From Lama glama (lineage: Eukaryota): 64,000 nucleotides of DNA. A model generated the notes under the pieces. It saw nothing but the letters and a program-made list of their open reading frames with translations. It was not told where the DNA came from and made no database searches. The stretch spans positions 58,840,001-58,904,000 of the forward strand of contig CM052817.1 in the NCBI GenBank assembly GCA_028534125.1, given 5' to 3'. Positions 40,130 to 52,708 of this stretch are shown here, piece after piece (within the stretch, counting starts at the first letter, position 1; each line of letters begins with the position of its first letter). The position numbers and the translations under genes were made by a program.

Positions 40130-40310
40130 CTAACCTTTACTGAGCACCTACTGTGTGCCAGGCCCTTTCTGTGAAGTAAGTATTATCATTATAAATCTAC
40201 ATTGGAAGCAGATGCTTAGAATGATTAATAGGTCATATAGCTAGCAGGATGTGAAGGTGGGATTAAAATCTACAAGTGACTGTCATTGAAACCTGTGGTT
40301 TTCCCACAGT
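40130..40310 (-). mobile_element. MIR
   Basis: tttactgagcacctactgtgtgccaggc..aggtcatatagctagc..gggattaaaatc. Confidence 0.7.
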
Positions 40311-42095
40311 GGCAGCCACATTCTATTTCTTTGCTGATAATTGAGCCTCTGGCCTCTGGGTGATAAACAGCATATGCCACCTTTTCTAACAAATTAAATT
40401 TATTGACATAATAAGCTATTATTGAGCTAGACACTCTTATTTAAGACCTTTCAAGTTAAAAGTCATAAAACTTCTCTAATAAGATTTCCTTGAATAGTTA
40501 GTTGGCAAATAAACTACCATTCAGAGAAAACCTTCTAATTAAACATAAGAATGTGGGTTTTAAACAAGAGTGGTTAGATTTCCATTATATTACTAGGTTT
40601 TTTTTTTTTTTTCAGTTAGGATTTGAATATGGATGTCTACTGCTTATAAGGTGATAGATTTAGTAATTAGGGCTGGACACAATAATAAAATATAGTCCCT
40701 ACCTTCAAGCATCTCATAAATCTATGATGTCTCCTTGATTCAAAGTCAAGAACATCATGATGTTCTTACTGTGGAGTGTATTTAATCTGAGACTCTGAAG
40801 TTTAAATAGCATTTGGAGATCATAATCACTTTGATACTGTGATTTCATCTATTCTTGGATCTTAACTACAAGAATGCACATGCCTGAATATTCTGAAAGC
40901 CCACTGGTTCCTGCCTGCTCAATCTAGATGCCATGCTATAGTTTTGGACTCAACTCTGCCTTTACAGAGACCAAGCAAGCCCCAGGACTTGAAGAGAAAT
41001 ATATTCATAGAAGTGCTATTCAGAGGAGAACAGTTATAAGAAAGTTTGATGAGAAAGTGCTTAGACTTGAATGTGTGCACTTGGATGACCCCATCATCAT
41101 ATTTTCCCACCTTGTACAGATGGTGGCACCAAAACCATCAGCCATTATACAAATGAAAGAAAGGTGACAGGGAGGCAGGTGACTCATGCCTCTTCATAAA
41201 TTTTATAGCTTCTCTGTCATTGAGTCAATTTCAGTACCATATCAGATTGTTTAAACTTTCTGCAAAACTCAGGCATGGTTAATAGTTTTGCTTTTGCTAT
41301 TGTTAATTATTTAGAGGAGTTAAACTCCATAAACTAATTTGAAATTGTGCATTTGTTTACAGCTTGATAAAGTTCTCTACAGATTTTTAAAGATACAGGA
41401 ATTAATGCAGACATGAAAACAATTTATCTCCCTCTCTTAATGTTTTATGTGTGGTGAGTTTGAGTTTAATGTGAAATTAAATTGTGTGATTTGAAAGTTA
41501 GCAATATAAAAGGATAATACATTTTCAACTTATTCTAAAAATTAAAAATTATTTCAAGCTTCTGTATTAAAAAGTGCATATAGAAAAACATGAAGTCAAA
41601 GTTAAGGCCCAAGGGAGTCATAAATTTTGTTTATGCTATTTCTACAAAAAGATATCTCTTTAGAAAATAAGCAAAAATAGCCATCAACCTTTATCGATAT
41701 TTGCATTGAATTAAGAGAGTTTTAAATTATATGAGATCATTAGCAATGTGTTTCTCAAATAAAATGCGCCCCATTTGTACTCCTTTCTTATCAGAAAACA
41801 GCAACAAACTTATGTTTTTTTAAAAATTGATAAAGTCTAGGCTCTGTGTATTCATGCTTCCCATCTTTTACTTTCTACTTTTGTCTGGAACAGAGTACAG
41901 ATTCAAAATACGTATTTATTGAGATATTGAATGCATAAATAAATGAATAGTTGGATCAATCAAGAAAGAAGATTTGGTGATCACTCAGTGGCTTCTTTCT
42001 CCTGCGTTCCTACCAGCCCTGGTAGTTTGCACAAAATAAAAACACCATGAAGCTCCAGGAATCCCTAGTACATAAATTTCATAGCCCCAGAGAAA

Positions 42096-42347
42096 AGGCA
42101 GTATAGTGATGAGAGAATGTAGCCTATGGAGCCAGCTGCCCAGGAGCAAATCCCAGCTGCATCACTTACTAGTTCCTGTAGTAACGATAGCAAAGCCTTA
42201 GAAATTGTGCTTCAGTTTTCTACCCTTAAAATGGGAGATGATAATAGTATCTGCCTCATAGAGTTACTACAAAGGTTAAGTGAGCTTGAATACGCAAAGT
42301 CCTCTGAGCAACATGTGACATACTATTAATGCTTTAGATGTGTTAGT
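42096..42347 (+). mobile_element. MIR (full length)
   Basis: aggcagtatagtg..ggagccagctgcc..aaatcccagc..cacttactag..aaaatgggagatgataatagtatctgcctcatagagtt. Confidence 0.85.
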
Positions 42348-42378
42348 TGCTGCTGCTGCTGCTGCTGCTGCTGTTGTT
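42348..42378 (+). repeat. (TGC)8 trinucleotide repeat followed by TGT units at the MIR tail
   Basis: Read directly: eight perfect TGC units at 42348-42371. Confidence 0.95.
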
Positions 42379-42984
42379 AAAAGTGCAGCTTAGAAAGGTG
42401 AGGGACAAACTATTTGGTAGATTTCTCGTTTTGTTTCCTCAAGTGATAAGTAAAACATAGGGATCATTTTTTATTTCAATTAATTAGGTTCATTGAGTGG
42501 AGAGTTTTACAAGCTTTGTGACTTTAAAAAAGTAATAATTCCAAGAGGGAAAAGTATGAGTTAAAAATGATTTTACCTAACTACAAATGAGAGTTAGATT
42601 TGTGATATTTTAATAGTTCATTATACTTATTTAGCTATTTTAATATAATCAGGATTTTACATTTATTTTCTTTAAAGGTAAAAATGAGTAAAATGTCTGT
42701 GAGTCTGTCAGTGAATCATACGAAAAGAAACCTTCTCCATTCAGGTGATGAGTCCTTAAAAGGCACCACCTGATGGCAGAATGTTCTGATGACATGTAAA
42801 AAGCTAAACAAAAACAGCTTGTAGTGCTAAGCTGACAAACTGAAACAGTGAAGTACTAGGCATTACCACAGTATCCATTTATGTATGTAAATTTGGGGTT
42901 TCATTTAAATGAGCCTTGAAGTTTAGCAGGCCTAGAAAAGAGTTGGAGATTGTGAATGTGGCCATTGAATGTGAAAGTTTCCAA

Positions 42985-43215
42985 AGGCAACATAGTGTTA
43001 TACCTGAACCCGGTCTTCCCGGGTTCAAATCCTGGCTTCCCTTCTCATTAGCTGTCAAATTGACCTTAAGCAAGACAGTTAACTTCGTCATGGCTCAGAC
43101 TCCTTGTCTAGTACCAATCTCAGAGTTATTGTGAATCAATTAACTTGTTTTTATAAGATTCTTAGACTCGTATCTGAGGCAGGGCAAGTGCCAAGTTAAG
43201 TGCTTATTAAGTAAG
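42985..43215 (+). mobile_element. MIR
   Basis: gggttcaaatcctggcttcc..tgaccttaagcaagacagttaact..tctcagagttattgtga. Confidence 0.75.
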
Positions 43216-45549
43216 TAGATAGAAGGGCTTTATAATATACTCGTTTCAGTGGGGTTTATGATACCAAAACCATCTTTTAAAGAATATTGATGGTTCTCTG
43301 GGTGTTTAATACAGTGTTACGAAGTCCTGGCTCTGAAAAGGTACCTCACTTTTGTAACCTTGTGTTGAAAGAAGGAATGTTATGTAGTCCCAATTAACTA
43401 ACAGTATAAGGCAGAAAATAAAAAAGAATTAAGAGCAGCAGTTTTTGTGATGTTAACCACACTTTAAAAACCCTAGCTTTGCTACTCATCACTTATATGG
43501 CCTTGGAAGAGTTATTTATTTTCTTCAAAACCTACTTATTTCAGTTTAATAATAAGAACAGGAAAAATATTATATGTTGTTTGTATCATCCTTATTTACT
43601 TTTCTCTTATTTACTTTTCTAGCAAAATTCAGTTGTTCTTTCTCTATTGCCCAAGTGATTAAGATTTGCCATTTTTGATATTTCTAAATAGAGGCCCCAA
43701 ATCTCTTATAAGTCATTTTATATTTATATGATTCTAAGTTTTATTGCATATTAGATTGCAAAACATTAGCATTATGTATGTCTGTTAAACATTTGATTTT
43801 CTTGTTGATATATCCAAGACTGAATATTTTCTTCTAATCATAATACCAAGCTCAGGAAAGATACAGATAATTGTATGTATGGGTATTCCAAAAATAAAAG
43901 TACACATCGTAGAAGTTCGAACTAACAATATATCTGTTTTTCCTCTCCTTTGTGCTTATCTGTTTATGGAAGAAGTAACAACTGTAGTTATAGAGACTAA
44001 TCTTAAAGTTTCTTGTCGACTGGGTAACTTCACAGGAAACTGAAGCACTGAATGGAAAATAAACTTTTATGGATAAACACCTTTTTATGCATCCCCAAAG
44101 AATGCCTTCTGTTTATATGAACAAAGGCTTCGTTCATAATTACACTCCAGTGCACTTTCTGTCTGTTTTGCATATCCAACTTGCAGTTTTCTTGTTGTTA
44201 GAAATGTTAGACTATGTCATTTTGAAGTTGAGTATTATGATCAGCTCTTTCCAATAGTTTTTTTTTTTTTTGTAGAAGATGTTTTCTGTTGTGAAATTTA
44301 GATAAATTGCTCAAATTTAGAAACTTTGATAGTGTAGCCTGGTTTTCTCCTCAGACAGTCTAGGTAAGGAAAATACGCTTTAGGAGTATCAGTGAATGTG
44401 CCAGCCAGTGTTTAAAAAGATAACTTAAATTCCCTTCTTTGAAAGAGATGGGAAAAAGTGAGTTGTTGAAGTTGCAATCTGCAGTTTTGATATTCATATA
44501 TAAAAGGGGGCAGGTGTTCTTTTCTGCTAAGTCATTCCCATAATACATTTACCCTGTATTCAGAGATGGATACGCTTACTGCCAAGCCTTGGCAGAAAGT
44601 TTCAGGAAAACATTGATTAAACTCCATAGGTGAACAAAGGAGAGAAGATTAGCCATTTAGAATGTAATGTTCTTTCAACCTTTTCTTAGCTTTTCTCCTC
44701 TTACATACTTTCTTTGATTCCTAGTATTAAGCCTAAAATGAACTATGATTTTTAATGTACTTTTAGACAATTAAATTTATATATATAGGTAATATGTATG
44801 GTCAGTATCAAATTCCTGAGAACATTCGTCAACCACCTTTTTAACATTAATCTTCACTAATATTTATAGAATTTGCATAGCCTCTAAATATATTTTTGAG
44901 ATGTTGAAAAGAGGATTGAGTTATAATGAACAGATGCAAAACATGCTGTCTATAATCAAAATAAGTGGTTGGCTAACTTGGTTAAATTAGTATTTCAAAC
45001 TGGAGGTAACTTAGATGCTGGCTAACAAGTCATCTGTACTCATTATATGTGTATAAATAGAAAAAAACAACATATTTATGACTGTTATTACACAGTAGAT
45101 TAATAGAACTAAGTCTACAGAGATATACAGATTGAATAAAATTGGCATATTGTAGGTAGATAGGCAGATGGGTAGATATATTTATACATAGGGTATATCA
45201 TGTAATTTACATTTATAGATAAGTGTGAATATAGCATATTTTTAAAAAACAATTCCTAATTAGTAAATGATGAAAAAAATTAGGAGGCTATATCAGGGAT
45301 TGGGTAAGTTTGGAAAAGTGGAGAATTCCCAAACTGCATGGTGTTTTTATAGATTATCTAGTTTTATTTTCATAATTTCAAAGATAATAAAACTGACTTG
45401 TGCAGCTAAGTTCACATGATGACTAAAATTGTTTGGTTTTAATATAAGAGATATTAATTATAACATATCCAAATGGGGGAAGATATTTATATTTTTATTA
45501 ACAACTTACATGATAATTTGCATATAATATTCAAGGATCAATGGTTATA

Positions 45550-46330
45550 CCAGTTTTAATCCATTAATTCAGTATGTATTCAATTCTTGCTATGATCAAA
45601 GACCTCTGTTAGACTTAAATAAATTTTGGAATATGATGCTTGACCACAGCAAAGTATGGCTGGAACAAAATTTATGTATGATTTATGGAAGTAATTGCAT
45701 GAGACGTAGGCTTCAGAGAGAGACAGGGAGTTCCACTATGTAATTGTCTACTTACTCTTTTTTAAAAATTAATTAATTAATTTTTATTATTTATTTTTAC
45801 TTATATCAACATGGTGATGACAAACTGAAAGACAGTGAGGGCAGAGTTAATATGAAGGATGATTTGACACATCTTAGATACTAACTTATTATTACTTTAA
45901 AAGAAGAAACAAAGATACTGCAAGGTTTTAAGTCTGATGGGAACAACTATGTGACAAATGTAAGGAACTGACAAGAAAACTAAAATATGGGATGGTAATT
46001 TAGTTTTAAACTTTTTATTTTAACATAAAGTGAATACTTGTGTAAATTCTCACTGCTTAGTTCATGAGAAGAATCTGTCAGGAGACAGAACAATTCTGGG
46101 AAGTCATCTTCAGGCAGGAGATAGTTAAATCTAGGAGAAAAATTGAGAGCTTCAAGGTAAGAGAAAAATAGCTAGATAACCATGGGTGTGGATCTTTGAC
46201 TATATTTACATGTCCTGTATGATTAGGAGGAGGAAACTGATGTGGAGAGAGAAAAATAACAAGAAACAAAATAAAACCAAGATGGTGTTAGCAATCAATG
46301 GAAGGGTTTCAAGAGGAAAGAATGAGTACT
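45550..46330 (-). mobile_element. Degraded L2 fragments
   Basis: Antisense L2 motifs: aagatactgcaaggttttaagtctga..gaagggtttcaagaggaaagaatgagt. Confidence 0.4.
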
Positions 46331-47806
46331 TCATAAACATCTGTTCTCTTTTTTCTATTCTAATTCAATGAATCTCTATCTCTCTCTCTCTTCTTACCCA
46401 CTACCCCACTCCCAGCCCCTGCCTCTCTCCTATTCTAACTTAGAAAAGGGCCATAGAAGAGTGGGTGTTTAATAGAAGTGTTTTGATGTTTTAATTTGAA
46501 TATTTGGGCTTTCTTAACTAAATTCTGCATATGTATTATATAAAGTGTTTGCCAACATCTTTTGTCCTCCTGGGGACTTTAAATATCTCTCTCTCCCACC
46601 TCCCCATTGGAGATTTATATTATCCTCAAGCTCAGTAATGTGAATGATTTCTTCTAATCTTTTCCCTACTATTACCAATTTGGTGATTGGTTTTATGATG
46701 GCAGAATAATAATGAAAAATGACTTATTTTTGTTCCTAGTCCATATTTCTGAATGTTAATAATTCTACTAATATAGATCAAAAGATTTGTCAAAAATCTG
46801 ACACTTCCAGCGTAGTTTACCATTAAGAATCTATATGCTGAAAAGGTTCTTAGCTAAGAGTCAACTGTTTCATATTTTCTCCCTTTTATAATGGAAGAGT
46901 ATGGCTATTAATTAGTTTTACCATTTTGAAGACAGGTGACACAGCATATAAATAAAGTAAAAAATTTCTCTTGGATTGTGTGCTATATCTCTAGCAATTG
47001 AATGAAAATATCTTTCCCAGGTTTTCAGAATATGCATTAATTTTGGCATCTAATCATAAATAAGAATTTTGAGTATAAATGTGCTTACTTTTTTAACTTT
47101 AGTTCATTTATACCAAAAAATATTTTTTAAAAATATAATGTTTTACTTTAAAAATGATAGTACTTTTCAAAAAATAATTTATGCTACTAATACAATTGCT
47201 TTTAATTATTGAGAAAATTTTGGTTATAGTATCTATTTATAATAGATACATTGATTACCTTCTTGAAAACAATCTCTTGACTTAGATATTTTTACAAATT
47301 TATTTTAACTTTGCTGGGCACAAGTTAAGTTCTTTCAAAGAAGAATCTATGTGCTGTTCATTTCTAGGTCACAAACCTAGCATCTAGAGGAGTTCAAAAG
47401 GTTACCAAATGAATAATCAAACTTTTTTTCCATTTTGTACTTTAAAGTATAATACAACCCCTAAGTATTTTATTTTTAAAAATAGGATAGAACATAGTTT
47501 GATTACATACATGGTATTTATATTTTACCTGCTAGAAGCAGCTGTATTTGAAATTTGAAATGTTCTCAAACTTTTACTTTTAGTTAAAACTAAAATAATG
47601 TATAATTGTTTCTGCTTAATATTTATTTAAAGCTATAATAAAATGAAAAATACTCTACTTTTATTCCTAGCTTTTTATAATCTTGATGTATTCCTGGTGG
47701 GTTTTTTTAATCACTCATTAAATATGGATTATTCTTTCTGCTCAAAAGTATTGGAGAGCCTTATTTGGAAATTAAGACTACCCCACCTAAAATAGGTAGT
47801 TGATTT

Positions 47807-48461
47807 TTTTTAACATTTTTTATTGATTTATAATCATTTTACAATGTTAGGTCAAATTCCAGTGTTCACAATTTTTCAGTCATTCATGGACATATACACA
47901 CTCATTGTCACATTTTTTTCTCTGTGAGTTATCATAACATTTTGTGTATATTTCCTTGTGCTATACAGTATAATCTTGTTTATCTATTCTACAGTTTTGA
48001 AATCCCAGTCTATCCCTTCCCACCCTCCACCCCCCTGGCAACCACAAGTCTGTATTCTCTGTCTATGAGTCTATTTCTGTCCTGTATTTATCCTTTGTTT
48101 TTGTTTGTTTGTTTTTGTTTCTGTTTTTGTTTTTTAGATTCCACTTATGAGCGATCTCATATGGTATTTTTCTTTCTCTTTCTGGCTTACTTCACTTAGA
48201 ATGACATTCTCCAGAAGCATCCATGTTGCTCCAAATGGCATTATGTTGTCGGTTTTTATGGTTGAGTAGTATTCCATTGTATAAATATACCACCTCTTCT
48301 TTATCCAGTCACCTGCTGATGGACATTTAGGCTGTTTCCATGTTTTGGCTATTGTAAATTGTGCTGCTATGAACATTGGGGTGCAGGTGTCATCCTGAAG
48401 TCGGGTTCCTTCTGGATACAAGCCCAGGAGTGGGATTCCTGGGTCATATGGTAAGTCTATT
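47807..48461 (-). mobile_element. Young 5'-truncated LINE-1 with perfect 16-bp TSD (camelid-like 3' UTR)
   Basis: ORF 48134..48421(-) is an uninterrupted ORF2 end (TCTPMFIAAQFTIAKTWKQPKCPS..WIKKRWYIYTMEYYS). TSD aataggtagttgattt is at 47791-47806 and 48462-48477. Confidence 0.96.
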
Positions 48462-50999
48462 AATAGGTAGTTGATTTATTTTGACATCCACAAAAAGATA
48501 ATTTCTAATTTCATCACAATTCATTATATATATAGTACTTATCACTCCAGTCCATTTTACATGTGAAAGGTCATTTTGGGCAGAAGATTCCCACTTATTC
48601 CAGAGAGAAGGAAGAGAAAATTACTTGTGTGGTTTGTTTTTCCCTCCAAATTACTTGACTTTGAAGTTACTTTTTAGTGTATTGTAAACATATCCCACTT
48701 TGATTCTTGAAATGGAATTTGGATTCTAAGGGACTAATTCTATTTCAGGAATATGTGCATGTCTTTAAAAGTTATAACAAATAAGCCCCAATTATTTAAG
48801 ATTTAGATTAAAAAAATCAATAGTAAATACTAATGGACCCCTGGATACTATTATTAAATATTAACCTGGGTGCTGTTAACTTTGCAGATTCCTAGATATA
48901 GAAGTAATTATTGACCACACTTAAGATAATTTATTGACCCTCATTTATTGAGCTTAATGGTCAACATTTCCTTGGAGGTATATAATTCATGACTAACATA
49001 TAACATAGTTCAGCAACTTGACAGTTTGTTTATGACTTTTCCAGATATTTTGGTGCCTCAGTAATGTATAACTTGAAAAATAATATGCAAATATGAAACA
49101 TGTTTTCTGTTAGTTAAACATGATTCTCAAAAGATTCCTAACTACAACCCGTCACTGTAAATATGGGTCATATTCCTTTGGGAGAGTTTTTTACTCTTCT
49201 GTTCCAAAGAGATAACAGTACATTTAACTAATTACCAAGAAGGTCAAAGACAAATAGTATTTTTCTGTGTCCCTGCCCCTGACTTATGTTAGGAAATAGC
49301 ATTTATAAAAAGGATGAGAATCTGACCACAGCATCTTCCTCTCCTGAAAGCACACAGCTACCAAACAGATGTGGGACAACACATCTTATCTTAAAGGAAG
49401 GCTGTGGTGTTGATTAACATCTTAGAATGGACAGTTTTAACTTCTGAATCAAGGCTATTTTATTACTTTAAATGACTTTATCTAAATCTGAGAAGAAAAT
49501 TCATGGGATCTGGCCAACTTCTCAGAAAGGGCAGAAGACTTCTACTCTATTGAATAAATGTTAGAGGAACAGTGGGATAAAATTATAGTTGGGTCTTTAT
49601 TGTGCTACAGTCGTGCTTATTCAATAGTATCTTTTTATTAAAAGCAAGTATAATTTCATTTCAGCACTTTTACTACTTCTGTGCCAATGAACATACCCAT
49701 GAATTTTATAAACAAATGAATTTTCCTTCAAATACCATACTTTTCATTAACCATTTCACATTTAGTCTCTCATTACTCACTTTAGAGCTTGATTAGTTAG
49801 ATTCATTACGACACTGCAACTTAAAAACATTTTTCATTCATGGAATTGCTTGTGATAAAAAATATTAAAGAATTGGGAAAATATTTACCAAACTACTTCA
49901 ATTCTTTGTTGTAAGCTAAATGCTTGTCTAGGAATCAAAATTTCAACATGAGTATTTTTTTACTAATAAATAGAGGAAGTTATTTAATATAAAAAGAGAT
50001 AATTGCCTTTCTATTTAATTAAGTGATTAAGACATCTAAATGTCCCATGTTATAATATGGAATCAGGAAACCTGGAGTCTGATGTGAAGTCTGACACAGA
50101 ATAGGCACCCACTACATATTTCTAAATTTTGTAAATCTTGACTTGGAGCAAGTAGCTTAATCTCTTCATTTTCTTTTAATTAAATGCATTGTGTGATAAA
50201 GACTCTTTCTTTTAGAATAACCAAACAATATCCCTTATTCTGTTTCCTTACAAGTTGCTTCTGTATTAGTTGAATGGAGTTAAAATCAACTTGTTTAATT
50301 TTGTCACTATAATAATTTATAAAAGGAGAGCACCTTAGAATTAGGTGCATGTAACTGAGATGGATTTATGTATTTATGAAATTAAAGTCCATGTTTTGGA
50401 GCTAACATTGATATAGTGTCAGCCTAATTTAATTAAACCCAAAACTAGTGTGCTGGCATTGCCTCAATATTTTTTGCTATCCATTCTTTTGTTTATCTAA
50501 TTATATGCCATTATAAAGAGTTTGTATTAACTGTGAGCAGAACACACTGGCATGGATTAAGTGCAATAATAGAATTGCTTTGAATGATGGCATCTGTCTT
50601 TTCCATACTCCTGTGAATTTCACTGCTAGAATATGTTACTAAAATATCATATTTATGTTACTCTAAAGTAAAATTAATGCATCTTGTCCTGATGCACACA
50701 TTGTATACTAATTGTTAACGTATTTTTTCCATTCTGAATGTTATTAAACTGTAGTAGAATATTACTGCCTTAAAAATGTCAGATATTGTAATCAATCTTC
50801 TTCAGAGGGAGATAATCTAAGCAACTGAAAATACAATGTAAATATAACAGTGTAAGAAACCTTGCACCATTTATTTTAAAAACTATGTCTAGCTTAAAAA
50901 AAATTAATGATGATGCATATTTTCCCTATGAGATTGATCCTGCTGACCTAAATACATAATTCCTCATACCTACATGTCTTTACACAGGCAGCTATTATC

Positions 51000-51330
51000 T
51001 CTGCTTAAAATGCAGTTCACATTTCCTCTTCCTTCATTGACCTTTTCCAGCTGGCTAACTTGTAGGAACACTTGACTCATCACCATCTCTCTTGTCCCAT
51101 TCAGAGTGACTTGGTTGTTGCTCATCTGGGCTCCCAATGTAGGATATTTCTTGTCTCAGTTATGGTACATTTACAGTGTATAAAAGTACCTGATTAATTC
51201 ATTATCATTTCACAATTTGATAAACTCTTTGAATATCAGAACCATGTCATCTTCATGTTTATATCTTAGCATCTAGGACAATCTCTGACATAGAAGAGAC
51301 GTATTTAATGTATATGAAAGGATAAACAGC
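51000..51330 (+). mobile_element. L2 3' end
   Basis: taaactctttgaatatcagaaccatgtc..atatcttagcatctaggacaatctctgacatag. Confidence 0.6.
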
Positions 51331-52477
51331 TGAATCAACAAAGATGTTCATGATTGGTTTACTAAGTCTCAATAACCAGAGTTGGGAAGATCAGCACAAA
51401 GTTAAGCATCTTGAGCCAAGAGAGAAAGTCTTTTTCCTAGATAGAGTTAAATTTCGTGATATCCAAGCTTGATCCATTTTCAACTTTTTTACTGACATAT
51501 CTTGAACAAGAGAACAGCCTTCTTTTATGCTTTAACCTAATTCTGTTATCCTCTTTTGAACTCTATTTTTCTACATGCTACTTGTTTTTAGGGGAAAGCA
51601 AGGTTAGGTTAACATATCTTTAAAACTTCTTGGAAAGTAAGTCTATGTGGGTTGCAAATGCAAGTGGAAATAATGAATTTGAGCTAAATTCTATCTAAAG
51701 TAAACTTAGAATTGTGTTTCTTCTGTACTTTAAAACTATTACATGGGATTAAACCTGGCTTATTTCAATAAATATATCAAAGTAGTATATATTTTTAAAA
51801 TGTACCCTTTTTTGTTATACATTTGATTTAAATTAATACAGCTTTTAAAAAATGCACTGCACCAGGAGTTATGAAATAATAAGTAGTACATATTTTAATT
51901 ATTATATTTTTACATGAAACGTGTAATAATTTATTCCTCAGATATACATTTTCATTAAAATGAATTTATATTTAGAAGCTTGCTTTGCAGTGAAATCTAA
52001 GATTATCTCTACTACAAACGTAGTAAAAATTTTAGTGTTAGAAACATTACATATCAAGAATTCCTATAGTAAATAGTATAATTTATACAGCATTAGAGAT
52101 CCATGTGTACCCTGAGTTGAAAATATATTGTGTATGAACATTCTTGTTTGTAAAGCAATTTAAGAGTATTAGCTTCACAAGAGGATCTTTTACTTTAGAA
52201 TCTATTTCTTACCCGTCTAGCTTCCCTAGTGCCTTTACAAAAAACACTTAGAGTTAAAACGCCTTACACAAAAATTTCATAAATTCATTTCTTACATCAC
52301 ACAGATGTATAGTTAAGCATACATAGCTTGGGGGATTCATCCAGAATGAAACTATTTTAAAATGACAAAAAAATATGAATTAGAAAATGGGTATATATTT
52401 TTCAGTTTTAACCTAGAGAAATGAAAACTTCTATACATAATCGCAAATTTTTAAGAAATCCCTACGTACATTTTTAT

Positions 52478-52708
52478 AACTTTTATTTATTTATTAACAT
52501 TTTTATTGAGTTATAATCATTTTGTTGTGTCAAATTCCAGTGTAAAGCACAATTTTTCAGTGATACATGAACATATATGTATTCATTGTTACATTTTTTC
52601 TCTGTGAGCTACCATAAGATCTTGTATATATATCTTTGTGCTATACAGTATAATCTTGTTTATCTGTTCTACATTTTGAAGTCCCAGTTTGTCGCTTCCC
52701 ATCCCCCA
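52478..52708 (-). mobile_element. Short L1 3' UTR fragment, same family as 47807-48461
   Basis: Aligns by eye to about 47811-48025 (taacattttt..attga..tataatcatttt..gtcaaattccagtgt..ctatacagtataatcttgtttatct). Confidence 0.9.

Noticed and set aside
42745..42775. Hammerhead ribozyme-like GTGATGAGTCC..GGCAC
   Set aside because: Lacks the core C of CUGAUGA and the GAAA after stem II.
43591..43620. Short perfect tandem duplications (15 bp here; also about 38235-38260 and 61021-61040)
   Set aside because: Two-copy slippage duplications are common. There is no array or spacer structure, so not CRISPR-like.
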